Counted from the first letter of the stretch, positions 1 to 7,333 are shown. The stretch: DNA of 11,784 nt from Thermoproteus sp. (GCA_049976425.1 JBMFIG010000036.1:1-11784); one strand, 5' to 3'. Translations and numbers: made by a program. The notes: generated by a model from the letters alone, not told the origin.

Positions 1-110
1 ATAATAATTAATATAATTTAAATATTATATATTTTCAAGAATTTGCGTAAAATATAAATATAAATATGAAACTATAAATAGTAAACCAAGGGATCTATAA
101 GTCCTATATA
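1..110. other. AT-rich non-coding tract, candidate DNA-unwinding element/replication origin (truncated by window edge)
   Basis: Bases 1-35 are only A/T and 73 of the first 80 are A/T, in an otherwise GC-rich window. (AAATAT)x3 at 50-67. Directly upstream of mcm. The origin function is inference. Confidence 0.4.
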
Positions 111-179
111 GCCGGTTTCGGCCGACATGTCGCAATATTTACGGAATACTCTCCCCCCTCAGCACCTGTATATGGAGCT

Positions 180-187
180 CTTAAATT
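180..187 (+). promoter_or_regulatory. TATA box of mcm (leaderless)
   Basis: CTTAAATT, with TTAAAT starting 26 nt upstream of the GTG at 207. The same spacing recurs across the window. Confidence 0.6.
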
Positions 188-206
188 TGCCCGGCGCAAC
201 TTCCCC

Positions 207-2252
207 GTGGCCGTAGAGCTGGCTCAGGAGACGGTGCGCAACAAGGTGAAGGACTTCATCCTCTCGAACGAGAAGGTGCTGGACGAGGTCGTCAACATGA
301 TTGTACAGCACAAGAGGAGCCTCGAGGTTGACTTCGACGACGTCTTGATACACGACAAGGAGCTCGCCGATCTCTTGGTCGAGAGGCCGAGGCAGGTCCT
401 GCCGCTGGCGGACGCCGCCGTGAGGGAGGTGGTGGAGGAGAAGGACCCCGAGACGGCCAAGCGGCTCAGGAGGTTCTACTTCCGCGTCAAGGGATCGCCC
501 TACTCCATACCTCTGAGGAAGTTGCGGTCGGAGTACGTGGGGCGGCTGATCAAGGTGGAGGGCATAGTCACCAGGCAGACCCCGCCGAAGCACTTCCTCC
601 ACCGGGCCCTCTACAGATGCACCCAGTGCGGATACGAGCTGGAGCTGGTGCAGGAGCTGGAAAGGCACGTGGAGCCCCCCTCGAGATGCCCCAGATGCGG
701 CGCCGCGAAGTCCTTCGTCCTCGTGACGGAGCTCTCGCAGTATATAGACTGGCAGAAGCTGGTGGTGCAGGAGAGGCCGGAGGAGCTCCCGCCGGGCCAA
801 CTGCCGAGATCCGTCGAGGTCGTCGTGCTAGACGACCTGGTCGACTCGGTGAAGCCGGGGGACATAGTGTCGTTGACGGGCATCTTGGACCTTGCCCTCA
901 GCGAGCTCAAGAAGGGGAAGCCGCCGGTCCTCAGCTCCTTCCTCTCGGCGGTCCACATAGAGTCCACCAACAAGGAGCTGGTCGAGGACATAACCAAGGA
1001 GGACGAGAAGAAGATCATCGAGATATCGAGGAGGCCGGACGTGAGGGACCTCGTGGTGAGGTCGATAGCGCCTTCCATATACGGCCACGAGGAGGTCAAG
1101 GAGGCCGTGGCCTGCCTCCTCTTCGGGGGGAACGAAATAGTGTACCCCGACGGGGTGAGGGTCAGGGGCGACATACACGTGCTGGTGGTGGGCGACCCAG
1201 GCACGGCGAAGTCGCAACTGCTCAAGTTCGCGGCGAAGGTGGCGCCGCGCGCCGTCTACACCACGGGCAAGGGGTCCTCCGCCGCCGGCCTCACGGCCGC
1301 CGTGGTGAGGGACAAGCTGACGGGCGACTTCTACCTGGAGGCGGGCGCGTTGGTGCTGGCCGACAAGGGCGTCGCCATAATAGACGAGATAGACAAGATG
1401 GACGTGAAGGACAGAGTGGCGATACACGAGGCCATGGAGCAACAGACCGTCTCCATAAGCAAGGCCGGCATAGTGGCGACCCTCAACGCCAGGGCGGCCG
1501 TCCTCGCCGCCGCCAACCCTGCCTTCGGCCGCTATCTGCCCAACCGCACCGTCGCCGAGAACATAGACCTCCCCGTCTCTCTGCTGAGCCGCTTCGACCT
1601 CATATTCGTCGTCAGAGACGAGCCGCAGGAGGACTACGACAAGGCCGTAGCCACCCACATACTGGACCTACACACTGGCGCCCTCCCCGAGTCCTTCAAG
1701 GACATAATAAAGCCGGACCTCCTCCGCAAGTACATAATATACGCCAGGAGGCACGTCAAGCCCCAGCTGAGCGAGGAGGCCAAGGACAGGATAAGGCAGT
1801 TCTACCTAGAGATGAGGAGGCACTACCAAGGGCCCGGCACGGCCATAGCCATAACCGCCCGCCAGCTCGAGGCGCTCATACGCCTGACCATAGCGGAGGC
1901 CAAGATGAGGCTGTCGCCCATAGCCACCGCCGAGGACGCCGAGAGGGCCATAAGGCTGTACCTGGCCTTCCTCAAGTCGGTCGGGATAGACCTGGAGTCT
2001 GGGGTGGTCGACATAGACTCCATAATGACGGGAGTCCCCGCGTCGCGCCGCGAGGCCTACATAAAGCTGACCGAGCTCCTCAAGAAGCTGGAGGAGGCCT
2101 ACAAAGGCCCCGTGAAGCTCGACGCCTTGCTGGACGAGGCCGAGAAGGCGGGCGTGCCGAGGGCGGAGGCCCAGAGGCTCGTGGACCTCATGATAAGGAA
2201 CGGCGAGCTCTACACGCCGAGGCCTGGATACGTCAAGAGGATAGGGGCCTAG
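207..2252 (+). CDS. mcm: Replicative DNA helicase MCM, 681 aa
   Basis: Zn finger CTQC...CPRC, QERPEELPPGQLPRS loop, Walker A GDPGTAKS, GKGSSAAGLTAAV, Walker B IDEIDKM, SRFD arginine finger, ITARQLE sensor 2, C-terminal winged-helix-sized domain. No intein-sized insertion. Confidence 0.98.
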   Translation: MAVELAQETVRNKVKDFILSNEKVLDEVVNMIVQHKRSLEVDFDDVLIHDKELADLLVERPRQVLPLADAAVREVVEEKDPETAKRLRRFYFRVKGSPYSIPLRKLRSEYVGRLIKVEGIVTRQTPPKHFLHRALYRCTQCGYELELVQELERHVEPPSRCPRCGAAKSFVLVTELSQYIDWQKLVVQERPEELPPGQLPRSVEVVVLDDLVDSVKPGDIVSLTGILDLALSELKKGKPPVLSSFLSAVHIESTNKELVEDITKEDEKKIIEISRRPDVRDLVVRSIAPSIYGHEEVKEAVACLLFGGNEIVYPDGVRVRGDIHVLVVGDPGTAKSQLLKFAAKVAPRAVYTTGKGSSAAGLTAAVVRDKLTGDFYLEAGALVLADKGVAIIDEIDKMDVKDRVAIHEAMEQQTVSISKAGIVATLNARAAVLAAANPAFGRYLPNRTVAENIDLPVSLLSRFDLIFVVRDEPQEDYDKAVATHILDLHTGALPESFKDIIKPDLLRKYIIYARRHVKPQLSEEAKDRIRQFYLEMRRHYQGPGTAIAITARQLEALIRLTIAEAKMRLSPIATAEDAERAIRLYLAFLKSVGIDLESGVVDIDSIMTGVPASRREAYIKLTELLKKLEEAYKGPVKLDALLDEAEKAGVPRAEAQRLVDLMIRNGELYTPRPGYVKRIGA

Positions 2253-2755
2253 GGGCTCAAGATCTCGCCCAGAAGGGCCTTGACCTCGCCGTGTAGAGCC
2301 AGCGCCAGGGCCCTCTCCTCCGGCGCCAGCCTCTCCTGGAACTCCTCGTCGTCTATCAACTCCGGCGAGGCCGCCATGAGCCGGGCCAGCTTCTCCACCC
2401 TCCTGATGAGGAGATCCCTCGCCGCGCCGATCAACGCGCTGAGCGTCTTGGAGTCGCCGTCCTTCTTCAGCTGGGCCACGGTGATCCTCAGCCTGGCGTA
2501 GAAGTCGTCAGGGAGCTTGGCCGGGAGCTGCTCCCGCTCCTCCACGAACTTCAGCCCGGCGATCTCCTGCGGCTTGAGGAGAGAGGACTCGTCTATCTTC
2601 GCCGCGCCGATCTCCACGAGCCTCAAGGCGGTGTAGACGGGGAGCAACGCCGTCGTGCCCGATCTGTAGGGCCCCAGCCCCATGAACTGGGGCAGATCCT
2701 TGACTATCTGGACTCTGACGCGCCGCGACTCGGCCACGCCGACGACGACAGGCAT
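2249..2755 (-). CDS. gins23: GINS complex subunit Gins23 (Psf2/Psf3-like), 168 aa
   Basis: From the ATG at 2755 (MPVVVG...): N-terminal beta domain (RVRVQIVKDLP...LPVYTALRLVEIGAAKI), then helical domain with LPDDFY, RRVEKL and LAPEER, the BA-type GINS order. TATA TTTATAA at 2782-2776 supports this start. The track's 310-aa version is an antisense extension over the CBS gene. Confidence 0.85.
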   Translation of the reverse strand: MPVVVGVAESRRVRVQIVKDLPQFMGLGPYRSGTTALLPVYTALRLVEIGAAKIDESSLLKPQEIAGLKFVEEREQLPAKLPDDFYARLRITVAQLKKDGDSKTLSALIGAARDLLIRRVEKLARLMAASPELIDDEEFQERLAPEERALALALHGEVKALLGEILSP

Positions 2756-2775
2756 ACGAGAGCCGGCGCGTCGAG

Positions 2776-2782
2776 TTATAAA
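2776..2782 (-). promoter_or_regulatory. TATA box of gins23
   Basis: TTTATAA on the minus strand, starting about 27 nt upstream of ATG 2755. Confidence 0.65.
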
Positions 2783-2808
2783 GATTCCCGCGGCTCGATC
2801 CGAAATAG

Positions 2809-2849
2809 TTAGATCTATAATTTGGAAAAGATTTTTATTTAGATCTATA
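2809..2849 (+). promoter_or_regulatory. CBS gene promoter: TATA-like TTTTTATT (2832-2839) between two TTAGATCTATA repeats
   Basis: Identical 11-mers at 2809-2819 and 2839-2849, each with a TAGATCTA palindromic core. TATA lies about 26 nt before ATG 2859. Confidence 0.55.
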
Positions 2850-2858
2850 CGCGCCTCC

Positions 2859-3287
2859 ATGAACGCGGAGACGTTGGCGAGAAAACCGCCCATAACGGTC
2901 TCGACCAAGACGACCTTGAAGGAAGTCGCGAAGACCCTAGCCGAGAGGAAGATCGGAATCGTCGTCGTGGTCGACGAGAAGGCGCCCCAGAACCCGCTCG
3001 GCGTGATATCCGAGAGGGACATCGTGAGGGCAATAGCCACCGGCGTCGACCTCAACACCCCCGCCGAGAAGTACATGACCTCCCCCGTCATAACGGTCGA
3101 GGCGTCGGAGCCCCTCTGGAAAGTCGCCGAGGTCATGAGGACCCACAACATCAGGCACGTAGTCGTCACCAAGGGCGGCAAGCTCTACGGCGTGATATCC
3201 ATAAGGGATCTCATAGGCGAGGAGAGCACCCTCCGCAGCTTGATAGAGTACGGAGAGGCCGAGGAGAGAGGCCCCGCCGCCGACTGA
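2859..3287 (+). CDS. Stand-alone CBS-domain pair (Bateman module) protein, 142 aa
   Basis: From MNAETLARKPPITV: two CBS repeats with GVISERDIV and GVISIRDL, and the MTSPVITV linker. The upstream 59 codons in the track overlap gins23 and its promoter and are not CBS-like. Confidence 0.92.
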   Translation: MNAETLARKPPITVSTKTTLKEVAKTLAERKIGIVVVVDEKAPQNPLGVISERDIVRAIATGVDLNTPAEKYMTSPVITVEASEPLWKVAEVMRTHNIRHVVVTKGGKLYGVISIRDLIGEESTLRSLIEYGEAEERGPAAD

Positions 3288-3327
3288 TCTTAACCAACGC
3301 CCTTTTTAAGCCGGGAGCCCCGGCTAT

Positions 3328-3549
3328 CTGTGGTTCGAGACGACGTATAGATGCCCCCGTTGCGGATCCCCGTTGGTATATATCGAGAGGAGAGGCTCCG
3401 CCGCCTTGAGGTGCCCTGTCTGCGGCGTGAGGGTGTGGACCGACGCCCGCACCGCGGCTAGGTTCGCCTCGGGCGGGAGGCTGGAGTGGCGGAGGTTCAT
3501 GGAGCTCCTCTACGCCGCCTACGCCTACCGCCTTGCCATGAAGGCCTAA
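3328..3549 (+). CDS. Small zinc-ribbon protein, 73 aa, probable CTG start (absent from ORF track)
   Basis: Manual translation: (M)WFETTYRCPRCGSPLVYIERRGSAALRCPVCGVRVWTDARTAARFASGGRLEWRRFMELLYAAYAYRLAMKA*. Two CPxCG knuckles and host-like codon usage. It fills the CBS-hel308 gap, with TATA TTTTTAAG at 3303-3310 and an in-frame TAA at 3307. Confidence 0.75.
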   Translation: MWFETTYRCPRCGSPLVYIERRGSAALRCPVCGVRVWTDARTAARFASGGRLEWRRFMELLYAAYAYRLAMKA

Positions 3550-3571
3550 ATACCGGCCGCCAACCCCCTCC

Positions 3572-5722
3572 GTGGACGTTTCGTCGTTGCCCATACCGCC
3601 CGGGCTGAGGGACGCCTTGAGGAGGCGGGGCGTGGAGAGGCTCTACCCCCCGCAGGAGGCGGCCGTGCGGGCCGGCATCCTGGAGGGGGCCAACGTCGTG
3701 ATGACCACGGCGACGGCCTCGGGGAAGACCCTGCTGGCCGAGGTGGCCGCCGTGAAGACCGCGCTGGAGGGGAGGATGGCCGTGTTCACGGTCCCCCTCA
3801 AGGCCCTCGCCTACGAGAAACAGCTCCACTTCTCCTACTACGGCGATTTGGTCGACGTGGCGGTGTCCACGGGGGAGTACGACTCAGACGACGCGTGGCT
3901 CCACAAATACGACGTGGTGATAACGACGTACGAGAAGCTCGACAGCCTTCTGAGGCATAGGCCGAGCTGGCTCAACAAGGTGGGCCTCATAGCCCTCGAC
4001 GAGATACACTACGTCGGGGACCCCAAGAGGGGGCCCGTCCTCGAATCCATAGCGGCGAAGGTCAAGTACCTTGGCCTCAAGGCGCAGGTCGTCGCGCTCA
4101 GCGCGACCGTCGGGAACCCAGAGGCTCTGGCCAAATGGCTCGGGGCCAAGCTGGTCAAGTCCGACTGGAGGCCCGTGCCCCTCATGGAGGGGGTCTACGT
4201 AGACGGCGCCATCCGGTACGCCGACGGGAGCGTCAGGCATATACCCAAAGGCGCCGACCCCGAGGTCGCCTTGGCCCTAGACGCGGTGGAGAACGGCGGG
4301 CAGGCCCTGGTCTTCGTCAACAGCAGATCGGCCACCGTGTCGACGGCGAGGAGGATAGCCGAGGCCGTGGCGGCCGGCGGGAGGAGGCTGATAGACCCCG
4401 AGGCGGCGGCAGACCTCGCCGAGAAGGTCGAGGAGGCGGCGGCGAGCAAGATCATAGGCAGGGAGCTGGCGGAGGTGGTCGCCAGAGGCGTCGCGTTCCA
4501 CAACGCCGGACTGGAGCTGGAGCTGAGGAGGATAGTCGAGGAGGGCTTCAGGAAAGGCGTCATAAAGGCCGTCGTGTCCACCACCACGCTGGCCGCCGGG
4601 GTCAACCTCCCAGCGCGGAGGGTCGTGATAGCCGAGCTGAGGAGGTACGACCCGTTGACAGGCGTCGAGGAGATACCCGTCATGGAGTATAGGCAGATGG
4701 CGGGGCGGGCCGGCAGGCCGGGCCTCGACCCCTACGGCGAGGCCGTGGCGATAGCCTCGAGCGAGCGGGAGGCCGAGTACGTGATGGAGAGGTACATAAA
4801 GGGCGCCATAGAGCCCGTGAGGTCCCAGCTGTTCTCCGACGTGAACCTCAGATCCCACCTGCTCGGCGTAGTGGGGAGCGGGTACGCCAACACCGAGGAC
4901 GAGATCGTCGACTACCTCTCGGCGACGCTGGCCTACATACAGCTGGGGCCCGCCGCCATGTCCATAGCGAGGGGCAAGGCCGAGAGGGCCTTGGACCAGC
5001 TGGTGGCCTGGGGCTTCCTGGAGAAGGCGGGAGGCGCCTACTACGCCACGCCGCTGGGGAAGCTCGTCTCCCGGCTCTACGTCGACCCCGAGACCGCCGC
5101 CATGTATATAGACCTACTCAAGGCGATGAGGGGCGACTCGCCGGTGGCCTATATCTACATCGTCGCGGCGTCCCCCGAGGTGCCCAAGATATGGCGCGGC
5201 CGCCTCGACAAGAAGATCGCGGCCGAGATAGCCAGATCCTTCCCCGACCTGCCCCTCGACGAGGAGGACGACGAGTTCAGACAGACCGTCAAGACGGTCC
5301 AGATGTTGTGGGAGTGGGCAAACGAGGCGCCGGAGGACAAGATATACGAGAAATACGGCGTGGGCCCCGGCGACGTGAGGGTGTACGCCGACCTCTTCGA
5401 GTGGCTGGGGACAGCCGCCTCGAAGCTCGCCGCGGCCGTGGGCCTCCCCCAGAGGGCCGAAGGCGCCTTGAGGGCAACATACCGGGTGGTGTACGGCGTG
5501 AGGGAGGAGCTTCTGGAGCTCGTCATGAACCTCAGAGGCGTGGGCCGCGTAAGGGCGAGGACGCTCTACCAGGCAGGCTACAGGACGCTCGCCGACGTGG
5601 CGAGGGCCAAGCCCGCCGACATAGCCCGCCTGCCGGGCTTCGGCGAGAGGCTGGCCGCCAGCGTGGTGGAGCAGGCGAGGGCCGCCTTAGATCAGAAGGG
5701 GATAGCGAGGTGGGCCCGCTAG
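3572..5722 (+). CDS. hel308: Ski2-like SF2 DNA helicase Hel308/Hjm, 716 aa
   Basis: Q motif LYPPQ, Walker A TASGKT, PLKALA, DEIH, SAT, HNAGL, TTTLAAGVNLPA, QMAGRAGR, and C-terminal HhH with GVGRVRARTLY (RAR motif). Confidence 0.95.
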   Translation: MDVSSLPIPPGLRDALRRRGVERLYPPQEAAVRAGILEGANVVMTTATASGKTLLAEVAAVKTALEGRMAVFTVPLKALAYEKQLHFSYYGDLVDVAVSTGEYDSDDAWLHKYDVVITTYEKLDSLLRHRPSWLNKVGLIALDEIHYVGDPKRGPVLESIAAKVKYLGLKAQVVALSATVGNPEALAKWLGAKLVKSDWRPVPLMEGVYVDGAIRYADGSVRHIPKGADPEVALALDAVENGGQALVFVNSRSATVSTARRIAEAVAAGGRRLIDPEAAADLAEKVEEAAASKIIGRELAEVVARGVAFHNAGLELELRRIVEEGFRKGVIKAVVSTTTLAAGVNLPARRVVIAELRRYDPLTGVEEIPVMEYRQMAGRAGRPGLDPYGEAVAIASSEREAEYVMERYIKGAIEPVRSQLFSDVNLRSHLLGVVGSGYANTEDEIVDYLSATLAYIQLGPAAMSIARGKAERALDQLVAWGFLEKAGGAYYATPLGKLVSRLYVDPETAAMYIDLLKAMRGDSPVAYIYIVAASPEVPKIWRGRLDKKIAAEIARSFPDLPLDEEDDEFRQTVKTVQMLWEWANEAPEDKIYEKYGVGPGDVRVYADLFEWLGTAASKLAAAVGLPQRAEGALRATYRVVYGVREELLELVMNLRGVGRVRARTLYQAGYRTLADVARAKPADIARLPGFGERLAASVVEQARAALDQKGIARWAR

Positions 5723-5976
5723 AGGCCGAAGGCGTCCAGAAAGCTCCGCCACCTCCTGTACTCCGAAAGGAACCGGGCCCCCTCCCTGGTCATGCAGACC
5801 TCCCCCGCGCCCCGCCTGACGAGGCCCCTCCTCTCCAGCTCCTCCAACAGCTTCGACAGCCTGTCGTAGGCCAGATTGGCCTCTGTGGCCAGCCGCGTGG
5901 GGTTCGAGCACCCCGGCTCCAAGGCCGAGAGCACGTCGGCTATTATCTCTATCTTACTTCTTCTCGGCCTCGGCAT
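5719..5976 (-). CDS. Small winged-helix DNA-binding protein (COG3432/HTH_45-like), 85 aa
   Basis: RRSKIEIIADVL...PTRLATEANLAYDRLSKLLEELERRGLV...MTREG pattern. SD-like GGGGTGA just upstream of the ATG, inside the preceding gene. Confidence 0.85.
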   Translation of the reverse strand: MPRPRRSKIEIIADVLSALEPGCSNPTRLATEANLAYDRLSKLLEELERRGLVRRGAGEVCMTREGARFLSEYRRWRSFLDAFGL

Positions 5977-6505
5977 AGGTCACCCCCGCCGCCAGGAACA
6001 CGGCCGCCGCCGTCCTCAAGACCAGCGCGAGGCCGTAGAGGCGCATAGCCGCGAGGCTGGCCGAGAAGAGGAGGTACGCCGCGGCCACCAGCGGGCTTCC
6101 GCGCCCCTGCAACGATCTGTAGAGAAGGACGGCGCCTATATACGCCGCCAGCCCGGCGTCCACCGTCAGCAACAGGAAGGACCTCAAGGCGGGGCCGGCG
6201 CGCTGGATCTCGGGGGCGAGGAACACGGCGTAGGCGGCGGAGGGCGAGACCGAGATCGCTATCAAGAGCAGGCCGGCCCCCATTATCTGGTAGGAGAGGA
6301 ATACGAGGGGAGCCAAAGGCCTGAGGAGGCCCGGCGCCGCCACGGCCCCCGCCAAGCCCTCCAGCAAGAGGGAAAACGCGAAGACTATCTGGCCCATGGC
6401 GAAGAGGCCTATCCTCGCCTCTCTGAAGGATCTGTAGGCCTGGATCCCCCTGGCAATTACGTAGAGCGATACGGCGATGAGGATGAGGTTGGGTACGAGG
6501 AACAC
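5954..6505 (-). CDS. Multi-pass membrane protein (about 6 TM), 183 aa, putative sensor
   Basis: Almost continuous hydrophobic segments with short basic loops (AYRSFREAR, LYRSLQGR). Its 3' end overlaps the wHTH gene by 23 nt. Confidence 0.8.
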   Translation of the reverse strand: MFLVPNLILIAVSLYVIARGIQAYRSFREARIGLFAMGQIVFAFSLLLEGLAGAVAAPGLLRPLAPLVFLSYQIMGAGLLLIAISVSPSAAYAVFLAPEIQRAGPALRSFLLLTVDAGLAAYIGAVLLYRSLQGRGSPLVAAAYLLFSASLAAMRLYGLALVLRTAAAVFLAAGVTYAEAEKK

Positions 6506-6513
6506 GGGACGGG

Positions 6514-6519
6514 AAAAAA
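6514..6519 (-). terminator. Oligo-T terminator after secreted protein gene
   Basis: T6 on the minus strand immediately after the TAG at 6521. Confidence 0.45.
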
Positions 6520-6520
6520 G

Positions 6521-7030
6521 CTAGGTTATTTGAGCTGTGGCGTTGCCGTAGTACACCGTCATCTGGGCCACGCCGAGCGGCTGGACGACCGCCCTATAGA
6601 CCCCTCCGCGGTACGCGACGTAGATGAGGGCGTCGCCTGTGTAGAGCCGCAACGCGAAGGCGCCTCTGCCCACCACGCCGAAGGCGCTCTCCACGGCGTA
6701 GGTCCGCCCCCCGGCCTCCACGACGCCGCTACCGGCCACCACCCGCGCGACGCCGTAGGGCCCCCTCACTATGCCGACCAGCCTCAAGTCCAGCGACACT
6801 TGGCCCGACGACATGGCGACGGTCAAATTCTCGGCGGTCGGCGGGTACGCTGAGGCGTTGGCGAGCCAGCCGTGTGGGCGTGCGGCGGCTCCCCAGGGAC
6901 AATAGACGGCGTTGTGGCCTGGCCCATGCCCCGCGGAGTAGGTCGCTGTCTGTTGACCAGCCGCGTAGGCTATATATGCCGCGACAACGGCGAGGGCCGC
7001 GGCGGCCGCTACGATCCATATCCGCCTCAT
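6521..7030 (-). CDS. Secreted/surface hypothetical protein, 169 aa
   Basis: Signal peptide MRRIWIVAAAAALAVVAAYIAYA, His/Gly/Pro linker, beta-strand-rich body, N-glycosylation sequons NAS, NLT and NAT. TATA TTTTAAG about 27 nt upstream. Confidence 0.8.
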   Translation of the reverse strand: MRRIWIVAAAAALAVVAAYIAYAAGQQTATYSAGHGPGHNAVYCPWGAAARPHGWLANASAYPPTAENLTVAMSSGQVSLDLRLVGIVRGPYGVARVVAGSGVVEAGGRTYAVESAFGVVGRGAFALRLYTGDALIYVAYRGGVYRAVVQPLGVAQMTVYYGNATAQIT

Positions 7031-7050
7031 GGGGAGCGCGGCCGCACGGA

Positions 7051-7079
7051 CTTAAAAGACGAACTCACCTCAGGTGAGT
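7051..7079 (-). promoter_or_regulatory. Promoter of secreted protein gene with upstream palindromic operator
   Basis: TATA TTTTAAG (7057-7051) and perfect inverted repeat ACTCACCT-C-AGGTGAGT (7063-7079). Confidence 0.65.
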
Positions 7080-7084
7080 AGGAG

Positions 7085-7090
7085 AAAAAA
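7085..7090 (-). terminator. Oligo-T terminator after Trp-rich gene
   Basis: T6 on the minus strand about 12 nt after the stop at 7102. Confidence 0.5.
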
Positions 7091-7101
7091 GGGGGTTACT
7101 G

Positions 7102-7332
7102 TTACCTCCTCAGCTCCCTCGCGAGCTCCTCCAGCTCCTTAGCCAGCGCCTCTCTGCTCTGCGGATCTAGACGGCCCGCGTTCTCCTTGACGAACTGCGC
7201 CAGTCCCCTGATCTGCCACACGGCGGCCCTCAGGTGGAGGTCGAGCCACTCGTCGTAGGTCGGGCCCCAGACGGGCGGCCCCCTCCACCACCAGCCGCCG
7301 CCCCAGCCCATCGCCCATTTCCTCCACCACAT
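7102..7332 (-). CDS. Small Trp/Gly-rich hypothetical protein with C-terminal amphipathic helices, 76 aa
   Basis: 8 Trp in the first 22 residues, then a helical ...SREALAKELEELARELRR tail. Has its own TATA (TTTAAATA 7362-7355) and a T-tract terminator. Confidence 0.75.
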   Translation of the reverse strand: MWWRKWAMGWGGGWWWRGPPVWGPTYDEWLDLHLRAAVWQIRGLAQFVKENAGRLDPQSREALAKELEELARELRR

Positions 7333-7333
7333 G

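Noticed and set aside
207-2252. Intein in MCM
   Set aside because: Length and motif spacing are those of an uninterrupted MCM.
617-2296. 559-aa alternative-frame ORF inside mcm, plus antisense ORFs 159-800, 611-1225 and 828-1658
   Set aside because: Arg/Gly-rich shadow frames expected from high GC3 codon bias. They overlap an unambiguous gene and show no motifs.
2756-3181. Long N-terminal extension of the GINS ORF, and 2682-2858 extension of the CBS ORF
   Set aside because: Mutual antisense run-through. The TATA boxes fit starts at 2755 and 2859.
3310-3385. Possible tRNA or tRNA fragment (GCCGGG start, GGTTCGAGA T-loop-like motif)
   Set aside because: No T-stem pairing or cloverleaf. The region is better explained by the zinc-ribbon ORF.
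3211-3829. Minus-strand ORFs 3211-3594 and 3497-3829
   Set aside because: They overlap the CBS, zinc-ribbon and hel308 genes in antisense and lack recognisable features.
5876-6853. 325-aa plus-strand ORF
   Set aside because: Antisense to three coherent minus-strand genes. Its composition is the typical mirror of hydrophobic coding sequence.
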